Shown here one piece after another: positions 1-9,052 of a stretch of 64,000 nucleotides of DNA (position 1 is its first letter; each line of letters begins with the position of its first letter). The notes below the pieces were generated by a model, which was not told the DNA's origin, ran no database searches, and saw only the letters and a program-made list of their open reading frames with translations. Source of the DNA: Candidatus Woesearchaeota archaeon (lineage in GTDB: Archaea > Nanobdellota > Nanobdellia > Pacearchaeales > GW2011-AR1); NCBI GenBank assembly GCA_964612895.1, contig CAZTFL010000001.1, positions 265,043 through 329,042 on the forward strand. The letters run 5' to 3'. Made by a program: the position numbers and the translations under genes.

Positions 1-523
1 CAAATAAATTATTTAAATTATTAATCTCCCATTCAGTAAAATTCCAATTAGATAAGTCTCCATTAAAATTAGTAGAATCAGCAAAAAGATAAGTAGCTGT
101 TGGAACATAAGTTCCAACAGATTTCCAATTAGACAAATTTCCAGAAAAATTTGATGAATACCTAAATAATCCTTCTAAAGGCATGTTCATTTTAGTTTTA
201 AATTCCCAATTAGATAAATCAGCACTAAAGTCAGTTGAATTATAAAATAATTCAAAAATACTATTTACATTACTTACATCCCACGAAGTTAAATCACAAT
301 TAAAATTATTAGTATCTTTAAACAATTCTAAAAAATCAGTCATTTGACTTATATCCCAATTTTCTACAGCATCACAGTCATTTGCTAAAATTGCTTCACT
401 TAAATTATTATAAGACTGAACATTAAATCCAACAAAACCCGTTAATGATAAATAATTAATAATAAAAAACCCAAAACATAAAATAACTATAATTGCTAAA
501 AAATACACTCTTTTTTTGTCCAT
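1..523 (-). CDS. DUF285/BspA-like repeat surface protein, 3' end truncated by the window edge. ATG is at 523 on the minus strand.
   Basis: Own translation from 523 downward gives MDKKRVYFLAIIVILCFGFFIINY, an N-terminal TM/signal anchor. It continues with repeated F-N-x-D-L-S/T-x-W-D/N-V-S-N-V units typical of the DUF285 family, with no stop before position 1. This ORF is not in the supplied track because it is incomplete. Confidence 0.5.
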   Translation of the reverse strand, partial: MDKKRVYFLAIIVILCFGFFIINYLSLTGFVGFNVQSYNNLSEAILANDCDAVENWDISQMTDFLELFKDTNNFNCDLTSWDVSNVNSIFELFYNSTDFSADLSNWEFKTKMNMPLEGLFRYSSNFSGNLSNWKSVGTYVPTATYLFADSTNFNGDLSNWNFTEWEINNLNNLF

Positions 524-1095
524 TTATACTATTCCTATTAGTAAATTAATTTCATTATATTATTTAAATATATCTTAAATACATAATTTAGATAATATAA
601 TTTTTTTAATAATTATATATATGAAATTATAATTTAAAATAATTAAAAAAGTATCAAATATAACAAATTACCTTTATTTATTTAAAATACTAAATGTAAA
701 AAAATATATATCTTGTTTGAACGTTTCAGGTCATTCTGATGGGGGGGAAAAGGTGACTACAAAATATTATTTTTTAGACTCTGTGGACACATTTTTTAAT
801 GTTTTTTTGTATTGTTTTATCATAAAATCCAAAGTTGATTTAAGGTTGTTATTCTTTGAATATTCTTGTAATATTTGTTCGTAATTATATATTTTTCTTC
901 TCTCGCTCACCATCAGTGTGGTGTCTGTTTCGTGTCATATATATATCTTGTCGACCACCAACCTGTGACACAAATATAACATTTTACCGAGAATAAACTA
1001 GATTGTGCGAAAGTACGCCCATGGAAATGACATACTTTATAGACCGCCCCAACCGCCGTGATTGGGACGTTGTGGTTTTTAGGGGTGAATAGATA

Positions 1096-1398
1096 TCAAG
1101 CAGTTATAGAAGGCAAATTTGATGAACTATTAAATTCATTAATTACCCACTTAACTAACTTATATACAAAAAATAAAAATCCTATTATTCCTACAATTCC
1201 ACTTATTAAAATCCATAAATTAATACTATCCCAAAATGTATTCTCTTGTTTTTGTATTATCTCTTTGGTTTGATTGTTAGGAGAACTATCTTTTATTGTA
1301 TTAAAAATAATGGCTGCAATAAAAATTAAAAGAATAAATGAAATTGTACTAATTATTTCTTTTGAAAAATAATTTTTTAAATTAAAATTTTTACTCAT
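1096..1398 (-). CDS. Small hypothetical membrane protein
   Basis: 100-aa ORF with two hydrophobic helices (ISFILLIFIAAIIF and ISGIVGIIGFLFFVY). No recognisable family. Confidence 0.3.
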   Translation of the reverse strand: MSKNFNLKNYFSKEIISTISFILLIFIAAIIFNTIKDSSPNNQTKEIIQKQENTFWDSINLWILISGIVGIIGFLFFVYKLVKWVINEFNSSSNLPSITA

Positions 1399-1500
1399 TG
1401 AATAAATTTGAAAATAGATTATAAAAATTTTATCTTAATTATTTGTCACCTTCTGGTGGACCGACAAAATTTATAAAATCCTTCCATCGCACACACAACA

Positions 1501-2661
1501 ATGAAACGGAGTGCAATTAATCATAAAATAAGATACCAAAACTGGAAAAATAATTATGGTAAGAGAATTCCAGATATCAGTGAAGAAAATTCAAAAATAA
1601 TATTAAATTATATTAATGATATGGAATATGGTCTTAATGTTGGAAAAAGTAGTAAAAAAGGAGGTAGAAGTTATAACCGACTTTATAATTTACAACAGAG
1701 GATGGTTTTCATAACAAAAAGATTAGAATCTTTCTATGGAGTAAAAGATTTAACTAAAATAGAAGAAAGAGAAATTCATGAATTTTTTACTGGAATGAAA
1801 AGTGGTGAAATAAAAAGAGTAGATGGTGGTATATATCAAGATCCTGCAAATTTTGTTAAAATTTTTAAAGCTTTTTGGCATTGGCATCAGAAAGTTAATC
1901 GTAAAAAAGGAATCGAAATTTATGATATTACTCAAGACTTAGATACTAGTGTTGATAAACCAAAATGGGTTTACTTAACTGAAGAAGAAATAAGGCTTCT
2001 TTATGATAAAGCTCAATATCATTACAAAGTATTAATAATGTTTCTTTTTGATACTGGGATAAGAGCTCCTAGTGAATTAATTAATATTAAAGTTTCAGAC
2101 TTTCAAAATAATTTTAAAGAATTAATAATTAGAGATGAAATAAGTAAAACTTTTGGAAGAAGAATAAAATTAATGATTTGTTCTGACATTATACGAGGTT
2201 ATATCAAAAATGAATCTTTAAAAAATGATGATTTTTTATTTAATCGAAGATCTGATACTATTAACCAATATTTACAGAGATTAGCTAAACGAGTATTGGG
2301 AGAGAAAAAAAGTCCTGCTGGCCAAAGATATTCTGAATTAACAATGTATGACTTCAGACATTGTAGTTGTTGTTATTGGTTACCAAGATATAAATCTGAA
2401 TCTGCATTAAAATATAGATTTGGTTGGAAAAAGTCAGATAAGATTCATTATTATTCTGAACTTTTAGGGATGAGAGATACTATAAGTGAAGAAGATATGT
2501 TAATAGATGTAACTAAAACAGAAATTGAAAAACAATTAACTAAATCTGAAAATAAAAATGAAATATTACAAGAAAGAGTTGATATCTTAGAAAAACAAAT
2601 GAAGATATTAGCAGAAGCAACACAAAGAATTTTATTGAAAAGTCAAGGATATTTATGTTAA
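1501..2661 (+). CDS. Tyrosine recombinase / phage-type integrase
   Basis: LFDTGIRAPSEL matches box I with the conserved Arg. DFRHCSCCYWL matches the H-x-x-R box. IHYYSELLG fits the catalytic Tyr region. The C-terminal coiled-coil tail is atypical. Confidence 0.7.
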   Translation: MKRSAINHKIRYQNWKNNYGKRIPDISEENSKIILNYINDMEYGLNVGKSSKKGGRSYNRLYNLQQRMVFITKRLESFYGVKDLTKIEEREIHEFFTGMKSGEIKRVDGGIYQDPANFVKIFKAFWHWHQKVNRKKGIEIYDITQDLDTSVDKPKWVYLTEEEIRLLYDKAQYHYKVLIMFLFDTGIRAPSELINIKVSDFQNNFKELIIRDEISKTFGRRIKLMICSDIIRGYIKNESLKNDDFLFNRRSDTINQYLQRLAKRVLGEKKSPAGQRYSELTMYDFRHCSCCYWLPRYKSESALKYRFGWKKSDKIHYYSELLGMRDTISEEDMLIDVTKTEIEKQLTKSENKNEILQERVDILEKQMKILAEATQRILLKSQGYLC

Positions 2662-2727
2662 AAAAACCACAAACTTAAATATATCTTTTTCTTAAAAAAT
2701 TAAAGAGGCACAATTATTTTATTAAAC

Positions 2728-5304
2728 ATGAAATTAAAAAAATTAAATAATAAATCTATTAAAATAATACTTCTTTTATTAATCTTCATCTCATTATCAT
2801 TAGGAATAGCATATGCTTCTGGAGCATTCTTAGGAGGAAGTAATGAAGTCTCCTTAACAAAAGGATTAGTCGGACACTGGAAATTAGACGAAGAAAGTAC
2901 GATAGATTTTACTATTAATGAATATTCTTATCCTACATTTGATACATCAAATTCAAATGGTGGATGGAGTCATTGGGGCAGGAGTGGTGCAATAGGAAGT
3001 TATTCTCAAAATACAAATAAAGATTATATTTTTAATAAATCAAATACTTATTCACATAGGGTTTCAAATGGACCTAGTGCTACAGGTGAATATCTTTTAT
3101 ATAAATCTCCATCAATCGAAGGTATTACTAATAGATCTCTTTCAGCAATTGTAAAATTAAGTGATGGAAGCCAAGTTACTAATGATAAAATCTTTCCGTC
3201 ATGGAATGCTATTACTTCAGGAAGTATTCCAAATAATATGTGGACTTCAATAGAATATTTAGGTGATGGTTTTTATTTATGTAAAGCTGAAGGTATTAAA
3301 CAAGATGGAAGTAATGATTTAGTTGGAATTTATGTTTCACCAGGCATAGAAGCTTATTTTTCTATTGTTCAATTAGAACAAAAAATCTATTCTAGTTCAT
3401 TTGTAAATGGTGCTAGAAATGGTACAATTGATGATAGAAGTGGATATTCAAATAAAGGAATTAATTATGGTGCAATTTTAACTAATGGGATAAAGGGAGA
3501 AAGTAAAGGGGCCTTAAGTTTTGATGGTATTAATGATTATATAGAATATGATGATAATAATAATCTATTTAATTCATTACCAATTAGTTTTTCTATTTGG
3601 TTTTATCAAGATGGTACTCGTAGTGGAGATTTTATTAATAAATATTATTCTGGTTCTGTTAATGGTTATAGTATTACTTTGTCTCCAACAGGAGGTATAA
3701 GACTTTATTATTTTAAAGATGCTTCAAATTATATAGAATCTTATAATGGTTATTATGGTCAACCAATATTAAATTCTTGGAATCATGTTGTTGTTAATGT
3801 TGATGAAAATAATGCGAAAATTTATTTAAATAATAATCTAGTTGTAACTAAAAATTGGGTTGGAACTTCCGGAAAACCTACAACAAATCAAAAATTATCT
3901 TTAGGTCGTTATCCTGGATCAACAAATGTTTATTCAAATAATATTATTTCAGATGCTAGAATTTATAATCGTGCCTTATCAGAAGAAGAAATAAAATTAT
4001 TATATGATTCTTATAAGCCTCAAACAACTATTGGAAATTTGAATAAAGGTTTAGTTGCACACTATCCTTTAGACGGAGGATATGAAACAAAAGATATAAC
4101 TTCATATGAAAATCATGGAACTAATTCTGGTGCAACCTTAAGTACAGGAGTAAAAGAAGAAGCAAATGGAAGTTATCTTATAGGAACAACTCAAACAATA
4201 AATATTCCTTATAAAAATCAATTGAATGTTAAAAATGCAATAACTATTTATGTTTGGTTAAAAAGAAATTCAACTTATACTCAATCGTCTGATTGTTTTT
4301 ATATTTCTAGACAACCTTCTTGGTACTTTTATGATTCTTATGGTAGTGGAGAGATTAGGGCTGAAGTATTCATAGATGGAACCCGAAGAGCAGCAAGAAC
4401 AGTATCTTTACCTTATGATAATAATTGGTATAACATTGCATATACTTACGATAGTAATACTAAAACTGGTTCTATTTATAGAAATGGATTATTTATTTCA
4501 AATATTACTTTATCTGGATTATCCAATTATTTGATTGATGATTCTTCTTCAGGTATAAATATGGGAAGCGGTGGTGCTGGGAAAAAAACATTTATGTCAG
4601 ATGTCCGTATTTATAATCGAGCATTAAGTGCAGAAGAAATAAAATTATTATATGATTCTTATAATCCTCAAACAACAGTAGCTTCATTAAATAAAGGATT
4701 AGTCTTAGACATGCCTCTAACATCAACTTGGACAAAATCTGAAACACCTGGTTCTGAAATCATAACAGATAAAACTCCTTATTCAAATAATGGGCAAAAT
4801 TATGGGACAGTACTCTCTGGTGAAGGAGCCACATTTGATGGAAGTAATGATTATATTGTAACAGGATGGGGTCAAGGACTTAATCCTTCAACAAATCCTT
4901 TAACAATAACAATGTGGGTTAAACCAAATAATGTAAATTCAGCTACTATGTTTTTTTCTAATAGACAATCGGGAGGATCAAGTAACCGTCTTTATATAAG
5001 CATATATAATGGGAAATGGGATTTAGGAATTCATACAACTACTTGGGGTAGTGGAACAATTAATGCAAATACAGACTGGAATTTCATTTCAGTTGTTATG
5101 GATGGTTCCCAAGCTACAATGAAAGCAAACTTACAAACAACAAGAACAATTTCTTATGGCTCTTATAATTTAAATTTAAATGCACATTTAGGAACACATG
5201 ATCTTAATTATTGGTATAATGGATTAATTAAAAATGTTAGAATATACAATAGGGCTTTATCAGATGAAGAAATAAAATTACTTTATGACCAAGGTAAAAC
5301 TTAA
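2728..5304 (+). CDS. Secreted LamG/concanavalin-A-like lectin repeat protein with signal peptide or N-terminal anchor
   Basis: N-terminal KLKKLNNKSIKIILLLLIFISLSLGIAYA is signal-like. Three or more LamG-type modules each end in the diagnostic motif (D/N)xRIYNRALS(x)EEIKLLYD. Confidence 0.6.
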   Translation: MKLKKLNNKSIKIILLLLIFISLSLGIAYASGAFLGGSNEVSLTKGLVGHWKLDEESTIDFTINEYSYPTFDTSNSNGGWSHWGRSGAIGSYSQNTNKDYIFNKSNTYSHRVSNGPSATGEYLLYKSPSIEGITNRSLSAIVKLSDGSQVTNDKIFPSWNAITSGSIPNNMWTSIEYLGDGFYLCKAEGIKQDGSNDLVGIYVSPGIEAYFSIVQLEQKIYSSSFVNGARNGTIDDRSGYSNKGINYGAILTNGIKGESKGALSFDGINDYIEYDDNNNLFNSLPISFSIWFYQDGTRSGDFINKYYSGSVNGYSITLSPTGGIRLYYFKDASNYIESYNGYYGQPILNSWNHVVVNVDENNAKIYLNNNLVVTKNWVGTSGKPTTNQKLSLGRYPGSTNVYSNNIISDARIYNRALSEEEIKLLYDSYKPQTTIGNLNKGLVAHYPLDGGYETKDITSYENHGTNSGATLSTGVKEEANGSYLIGTTQTINIPYKNQLNVKNAITIYVWLKRNSTYTQSSDCFYISRQPSWYFYDSYGSGEIRAEVFIDGTRRAARTVSLPYDNNWYNIAYTYDSNTKTGSIYRNGLFISNITLSGLSNYLIDDSSSGINMGSGGAGKKTFMSDVRIYNRALSAEEIKLLYDSYNPQTTVASLNKGLVLDMPLTSTWTKSETPGSEIITDKTPYSNNGQNYGTVLSGEGATFDGSNDYIVTGWGQGLNPSTNPLTITMWVKPNNVNSATMFFSNRQSGGSSNRLYISIYNGKWDLGIHTTTWGSGTINANTDWNFISVVMDGSQATMKANLQTTRTISYGSYNLNLNAHLGTHDLNYWYNGLIKNVRIYNRALSDEEIKLLYDQGKT
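3952..4029 (+). repeat. Intragenic direct repeat, copy 1 of 2 near-identical ~78-bp segments. Copy 2 is at about 4600-4677, and a third, diverged copy is at about 5233-5301.
   Basis: Copy 1 reads gatgctagaatttataatcgtgccttatcagaagaagaaataaaattattatatgattcttataagcctcaaacaac. Copy 2 reads gatgtccgtatttataatcgagcattaagtgcagaagaaataaaattattatatgattcttataatcctcaaacaac. Confidence 0.7.
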
Positions 5305-5446
5305 CTTAATTGGTAGAAATAAATAACTCTAAAAAATTATAATAAAATAAGATACTTTTGAACAAAAAGATTATTTAGAATTAATTAAAATTTTTCTTAA
5401 TTTTAGATAAAGTAAATTATTTAAATAGATTCTATATATATTATAT

Positions 5447-6304
5447 ATGGAAAGAATTAATACACGTTCTGTTTACATTGATTTCAAGAATAAAGGATTA
5501 TTAGAAAAGAAATTTAATATTAATAATAGACTCTTAACTGCATATATTATTCCTAGAACACTGGTGTCGGAAGCAAAAAAATTTTTTGAAGATAATATAA
5601 TCAATAATCGAGGTATTTACTATTTAATTGAAGAAGATGAAAATAGTCCATTACAAAAAATTTATGTTGGACAAACAATTAATGGTATAAAAAGATTAGA
5701 TGATCACTTGAAGAAAAAAAATTATTGGGGCAAGGCAATAATGTTTTTATTTGATCATAATGAGGATAATGATATCGATCTTAATGCTTTAGAAACTTAT
5801 GCTCTATCTAAATTAATAGAGCTAAGAAAATATGATGTTCAAAAATATGACGTTCAAAATAAGCAAATAACCGATAACAAAATGGATTATAATAAGACAG
5901 ATGTAATAAAAAAATGTTATAATTTAATTAAATTTTTAATGATCTCTTCAGGATATTCTTTAGAGTCAAATCAAAATAATAGTTCTATATTTAGAACAAA
6001 CAGAAGAGGAATAATTGGTTTAGGAATATATACTGGAAATTCTTTTGAATTAATTCAAGGTTCTGAAATTGATGTAAATATCCGATGTAACTTGGATAAA
6101 TATAATCAAATGCGTGAAGAGCTAATAAACGAGAATATATTAGTTAAAGAGGGTGAAAAATATATCCTAAAAAAGAATTTAGAATTTAAAACTCCAAGTG
6201 GAGCAAGTGATTTTGTTTTAGGTGGTGCTACCAATGGATGGACTGAGTGGAAAAACAATGAGAATAAAACATTAGATGAAGTTTATAGAAAAATAAATAA
6301 TTAA
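5447..6304 (+). CDS. GIY-YIG superfamily nuclease-domain protein (T5orf172/DUF4357-like). Possible restriction endonuclease partner of the adjacent MTase.
   Basis: The motif RGIYYLIEEDENSPLQKIYVGQT has GIY, a 13-aa spacer, then YVG. It is followed by KRLDDH, which supplies the conserved Arg. The gene is convergent with the MTase at 6429-7073. Confidence 0.45.
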   Translation: MERINTRSVYIDFKNKGLLEKKFNINNRLLTAYIIPRTLVSEAKKFFEDNIINNRGIYYLIEEDENSPLQKIYVGQTINGIKRLDDHLKKKNYWGKAIMFLFDHNEDNDIDLNALETYALSKLIELRKYDVQKYDVQNKQITDNKMDYNKTDVIKKCYNLIKFLMISSGYSLESNQNNSSIFRTNRRGIIGLGIYTGNSFELIQGSEIDVNIRCNLDKYNQMREELINENILVKEGEKYILKKNLEFKTPSGASDFVLGGATNGWTEWKNNENKTLDEVYRKINN

Positions 6305-6428
6305 AATTAATTGTTATTACAACAACCATCATCATATCCATCAGCATAAACTTCTTCTAGTAAATTATCAATTTCTTCATCAGTTTTAGATTTCTTTAAA
6401 CTTTTTCTTTTTTCTTCAATATTATAAT

Positions 6429-7073
6429 TCATATTTTACCTCCATCAGATTTAGTTACATCTATCCATCTCTCGTCTAATTCAATACCAATCCACTTTCT
6501 ATTCAGTTCATTACAAGCTTTACAAGTAGAACCAGAACCTGCAAAGGGGTCTAAAATTAGGTCTCCTTCTTTAGAACTATGTAAAATAATTTTTTTCAAT
6601 AAATCTAATGGTTTTTGATGAGGATGATTTAGTTTATTATGATTAATATGTGAAGAAGTTTGTACATCAGAAAAATCAGTTAAATTATATTTTGGTTTTC
6701 CTTTTTCTAAAACTAAAATTAATTCATATTGATGCCTAAATGCCCAACCTAATCCAAAGTTATGTTTTTTCCATACGATTAAATGTCTAATATTAAATTT
6801 AGTATATCTAATAATAAATTCTGTTAAAAAAGGATAATGTTTCCAGTTTGTGAATATATAAAGAGAACGATTTTGTTTTAGGATACGATACATTTCAATT
6901 AAGGCATTACAATTAATTAAAGGATTTTCATTATTTTTGATTATTTTATTATTCCAACCATAAGCAACATTATCTCCATAAGGAGGATCTGTTAAAATTA
7001 AATCTATACAATTGTTGGGATAAGTTTTCATTATTTGAAGACAATCTCCTTGAATTATTTTATTTAGTTCCAT
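6429..7073 (-). CDS. DNA N6-adenine/N4-cytosine methyltransferase, beta-class (N4/N6 MTase domain)
   Basis: ILTDPPYG is motif IV (DPPY). DPFAGSGSTCKAC is motif I (FxGxG) and lies C-terminal to DPPY, which is the beta-class order. The protein is 214 aa. Confidence 0.75.
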   Translation of the reverse strand: MELNKIIQGDCLQIMKTYPNNCIDLILTDPPYGDNVAYGWNNKIIKNNENPLINCNALIEMYRILKQNRSLYIFTNWKHYPFLTEFIIRYTKFNIRHLIVWKKHNFGLGWAFRHQYELILVLEKGKPKYNLTDFSDVQTSSHINHNKLNHPHQKPLDLLKKIILHSSKEGDLILDPFAGSGSTCKACNELNRKWIGIELDERWIDVTKSDGGKI

Positions 7074-7328
7074 TAATCAATTCATCAAGTAAAGCATTTA
7101 TTTCTCTTAAATTATAAATAATCTGATCAAATAAATCTTCAAAATTATTTTCTTCCATAATTAATCAATATAAAAAAGAATATATAATAAATCGGAAACA
7201 AAAAGTGGATAATTTTTTGGATAAAAAAAGTCTCCGATTTCATTTATAAGGATATAATCTCATCACATCATGACAAAAAAATGTTATGTTTGTGGAGATT
7301 TTATTATTGAAGGAGAAATCTGTACTAC

Positions 7329-7724
7329 TTGTTTAAATGTATTAAAATTAAAATATCCAAACAAAAAAGAATTAGAATCCATTTTACAATGGCACAAAAT
7401 AAATGCCGAATTAAATCAAGAAAGTTGACTATAACTCCAATATTATTATTGTTGTTTTTGGTTTTACAATTAAGTTTGGTTTTAGCATCAAGTGAATCAG
7501 ACTTTGAAGAGATTTTACAACCATTAATGACAATTTATAACTTGGTGAAATATGCAGCAACAATAATAGCAGGACTAGTAATGTTATTTGCTGGAATAAC
7601 TTATATCTCTAGTGGATCAGATCCTGGGAAACGAGAAAAAGCAAAAAATATGGTTATGTACGTTATTATTGGTTTAGCAGTAATTTGGGCTGCACCTTTT
7701 ATAGTTGACTTAATATTGAAATGA
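7329..7724 (+). CDS. VirB2/TrbC-like or CedA1-like small pilin/membrane protein. True start is probably the internal Met at about 7389 (MAQNKCRIKSRKLTITPILLLL).
   Basis: A signal peptide ending LVLASSE is followed by two hydrophobic helices. The loop motif YISSGSDPGKREKAKNMV is shared with the N-terminus of the ORF at 9039-9860. Confidence 0.5.
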   Translation: MFKCIKIKISKQKRIRIHFTMAQNKCRIKSRKLTITPILLLLFLVLQLSLVLASSESDFEEILQPLMTIYNLVKYAATIIAGLVMLFAGITYISSGSDPGKREKAKNMVMYVIIGLAVIWAAPFIVDLILK

Positions 7725-9052
7725 AGAAATTTCTTTTTTGGGTGGTTGTTTTTTTATTACCACTAACAACCGCCCTTAATTGTCAAGAATTAAATAAAGA
7801 GTATCAAGAAATTTGTTTTAAAATTAAAAGTCTTAATTTATCTCAAGAATATGAGACTAGTCTAATTTTAGATATGATTAATAATTGGAGATTAAAACCA
7901 AATCATGAATTTGTTAATAATTGGAATTCGGGTTTAAAATTAAATAATTCTCCTTATAACAGAGGGGTTGGAGCAGAGTATATCCAAGATGCTTGGTTTA
8001 ATATTTTAACGATAAGTCCTTCTGTTAAAGAAGATAATATTCTATATGTTCCTAATAAAGCAAAAATTTTCTCTGCGTATAATTATCAAATATCCCATCC
8101 AACTAAACTTTATCCAGGAGATTGTAAAACCGAATATAAATTAGTTGAAAATACATCAACATTAGAAATTTATGCTAATAATGAATTAATTGGAAATGAT
8201 AAGATTACATCTTTTGAAATAACAGATAAATTAGATAATATCACTTTTGTAGGAATACTTTCTATAAGAGTAAGATATCAAGTAATTAGATATAGATTAG
8301 TGAATAGTGTTTGTACATTTTATCGTGATACAGATTATACAGGTGAATCTACTGTTAGAAATGATGTTTTAATTGTAAGATTGTATAATAATAATTTAAA
8401 TTTTGATTTGAATCTTACCCCACAATATAATCAAACGATTCAAGGGGAATTAATCTCAAATAATTATACAGCTATTAATTTATTCTTTGGAGATTCATAT
8501 TATCAAAAAACAAAGTATCAATATTATTATGAATTTGAATCAGGAAATGTTTTATCAATTAAAGCAAAAAAAGACGAAAAAATTAATTATTCACAAATTA
8601 TTGTGAACTCTTTTTTAAACAAAGTTATTTTTAAAGTTAGTCAACCTTCAGAATGTGAAATTAGAATTTATGATCACTTTAATTTTAATTCTAAACATTG
8701 TGAACTTAATTTTTTAGAAGAAGAAATTAATATAATAATAGATAATAAAACTCATTTTAAAGAAAATGAAACAATAAAAATAGAGATTATTCCTAGAGAT
8801 GTTTATGTTAATGTTACTTATGGAAATAAAAAATTTATAGTTAAAGATAAAATTTATTTGAATGCAATTCCAGGTCAAAATGAGATTATAATAGAATTTG
8901 ATAATAAAACCATAAGGAAAATAATAACTGTCTTTGATTCATCCAAACTAAAAACTATAAGAAATATATTCCTTATTTTAGGTTTGACTTTTGTTATTTA
9001 TATTATCCTAAAGAAATTTTATATTTCATTAAATTCAAATGAGCGAATGTAG
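7721..9052 (+). CDS. Surface/exported protein with N-terminal signal peptide and C-terminal TM anchor. Part of the transfer module.
   Basis: N-terminal FLFWVVVFLLPLTTALNC. C-terminal IFLILGLTFVIYIILKKF. The start overlaps the upstream gene by 4 nt (ATGA), and the end overlaps the downstream gene. Confidence 0.4.
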   Translation: MKKFLFWVVVFLLPLTTALNCQELNKEYQEICFKIKSLNLSQEYETSLILDMINNWRLKPNHEFVNNWNSGLKLNNSPYNRGVGAEYIQDAWFNILTISPSVKEDNILYVPNKAKIFSAYNYQISHPTKLYPGDCKTEYKLVENTSTLEIYANNELIGNDKITSFEITDKLDNITFVGILSIRVRYQVIRYRLVNSVCTFYRDTDYTGESTVRNDVLIVRLYNNNLNFDLNLTPQYNQTIQGELISNNYTAINLFFGDSYYQKTKYQYYYEFESGNVLSIKAKKDEKINYSQIIVNSFLNKVIFKVSQPSECEIRIYDHFNFNSKHCELNFLEEEINIIIDNKTHFKENETIKIEIIPRDVYVNVTYGNKKFIVKDKIYLNAIPGQNEIIIEFDNKTIRKIITVFDSSKLKTIRNIFLILGLTFVIYIILKKFYISLNSNERM

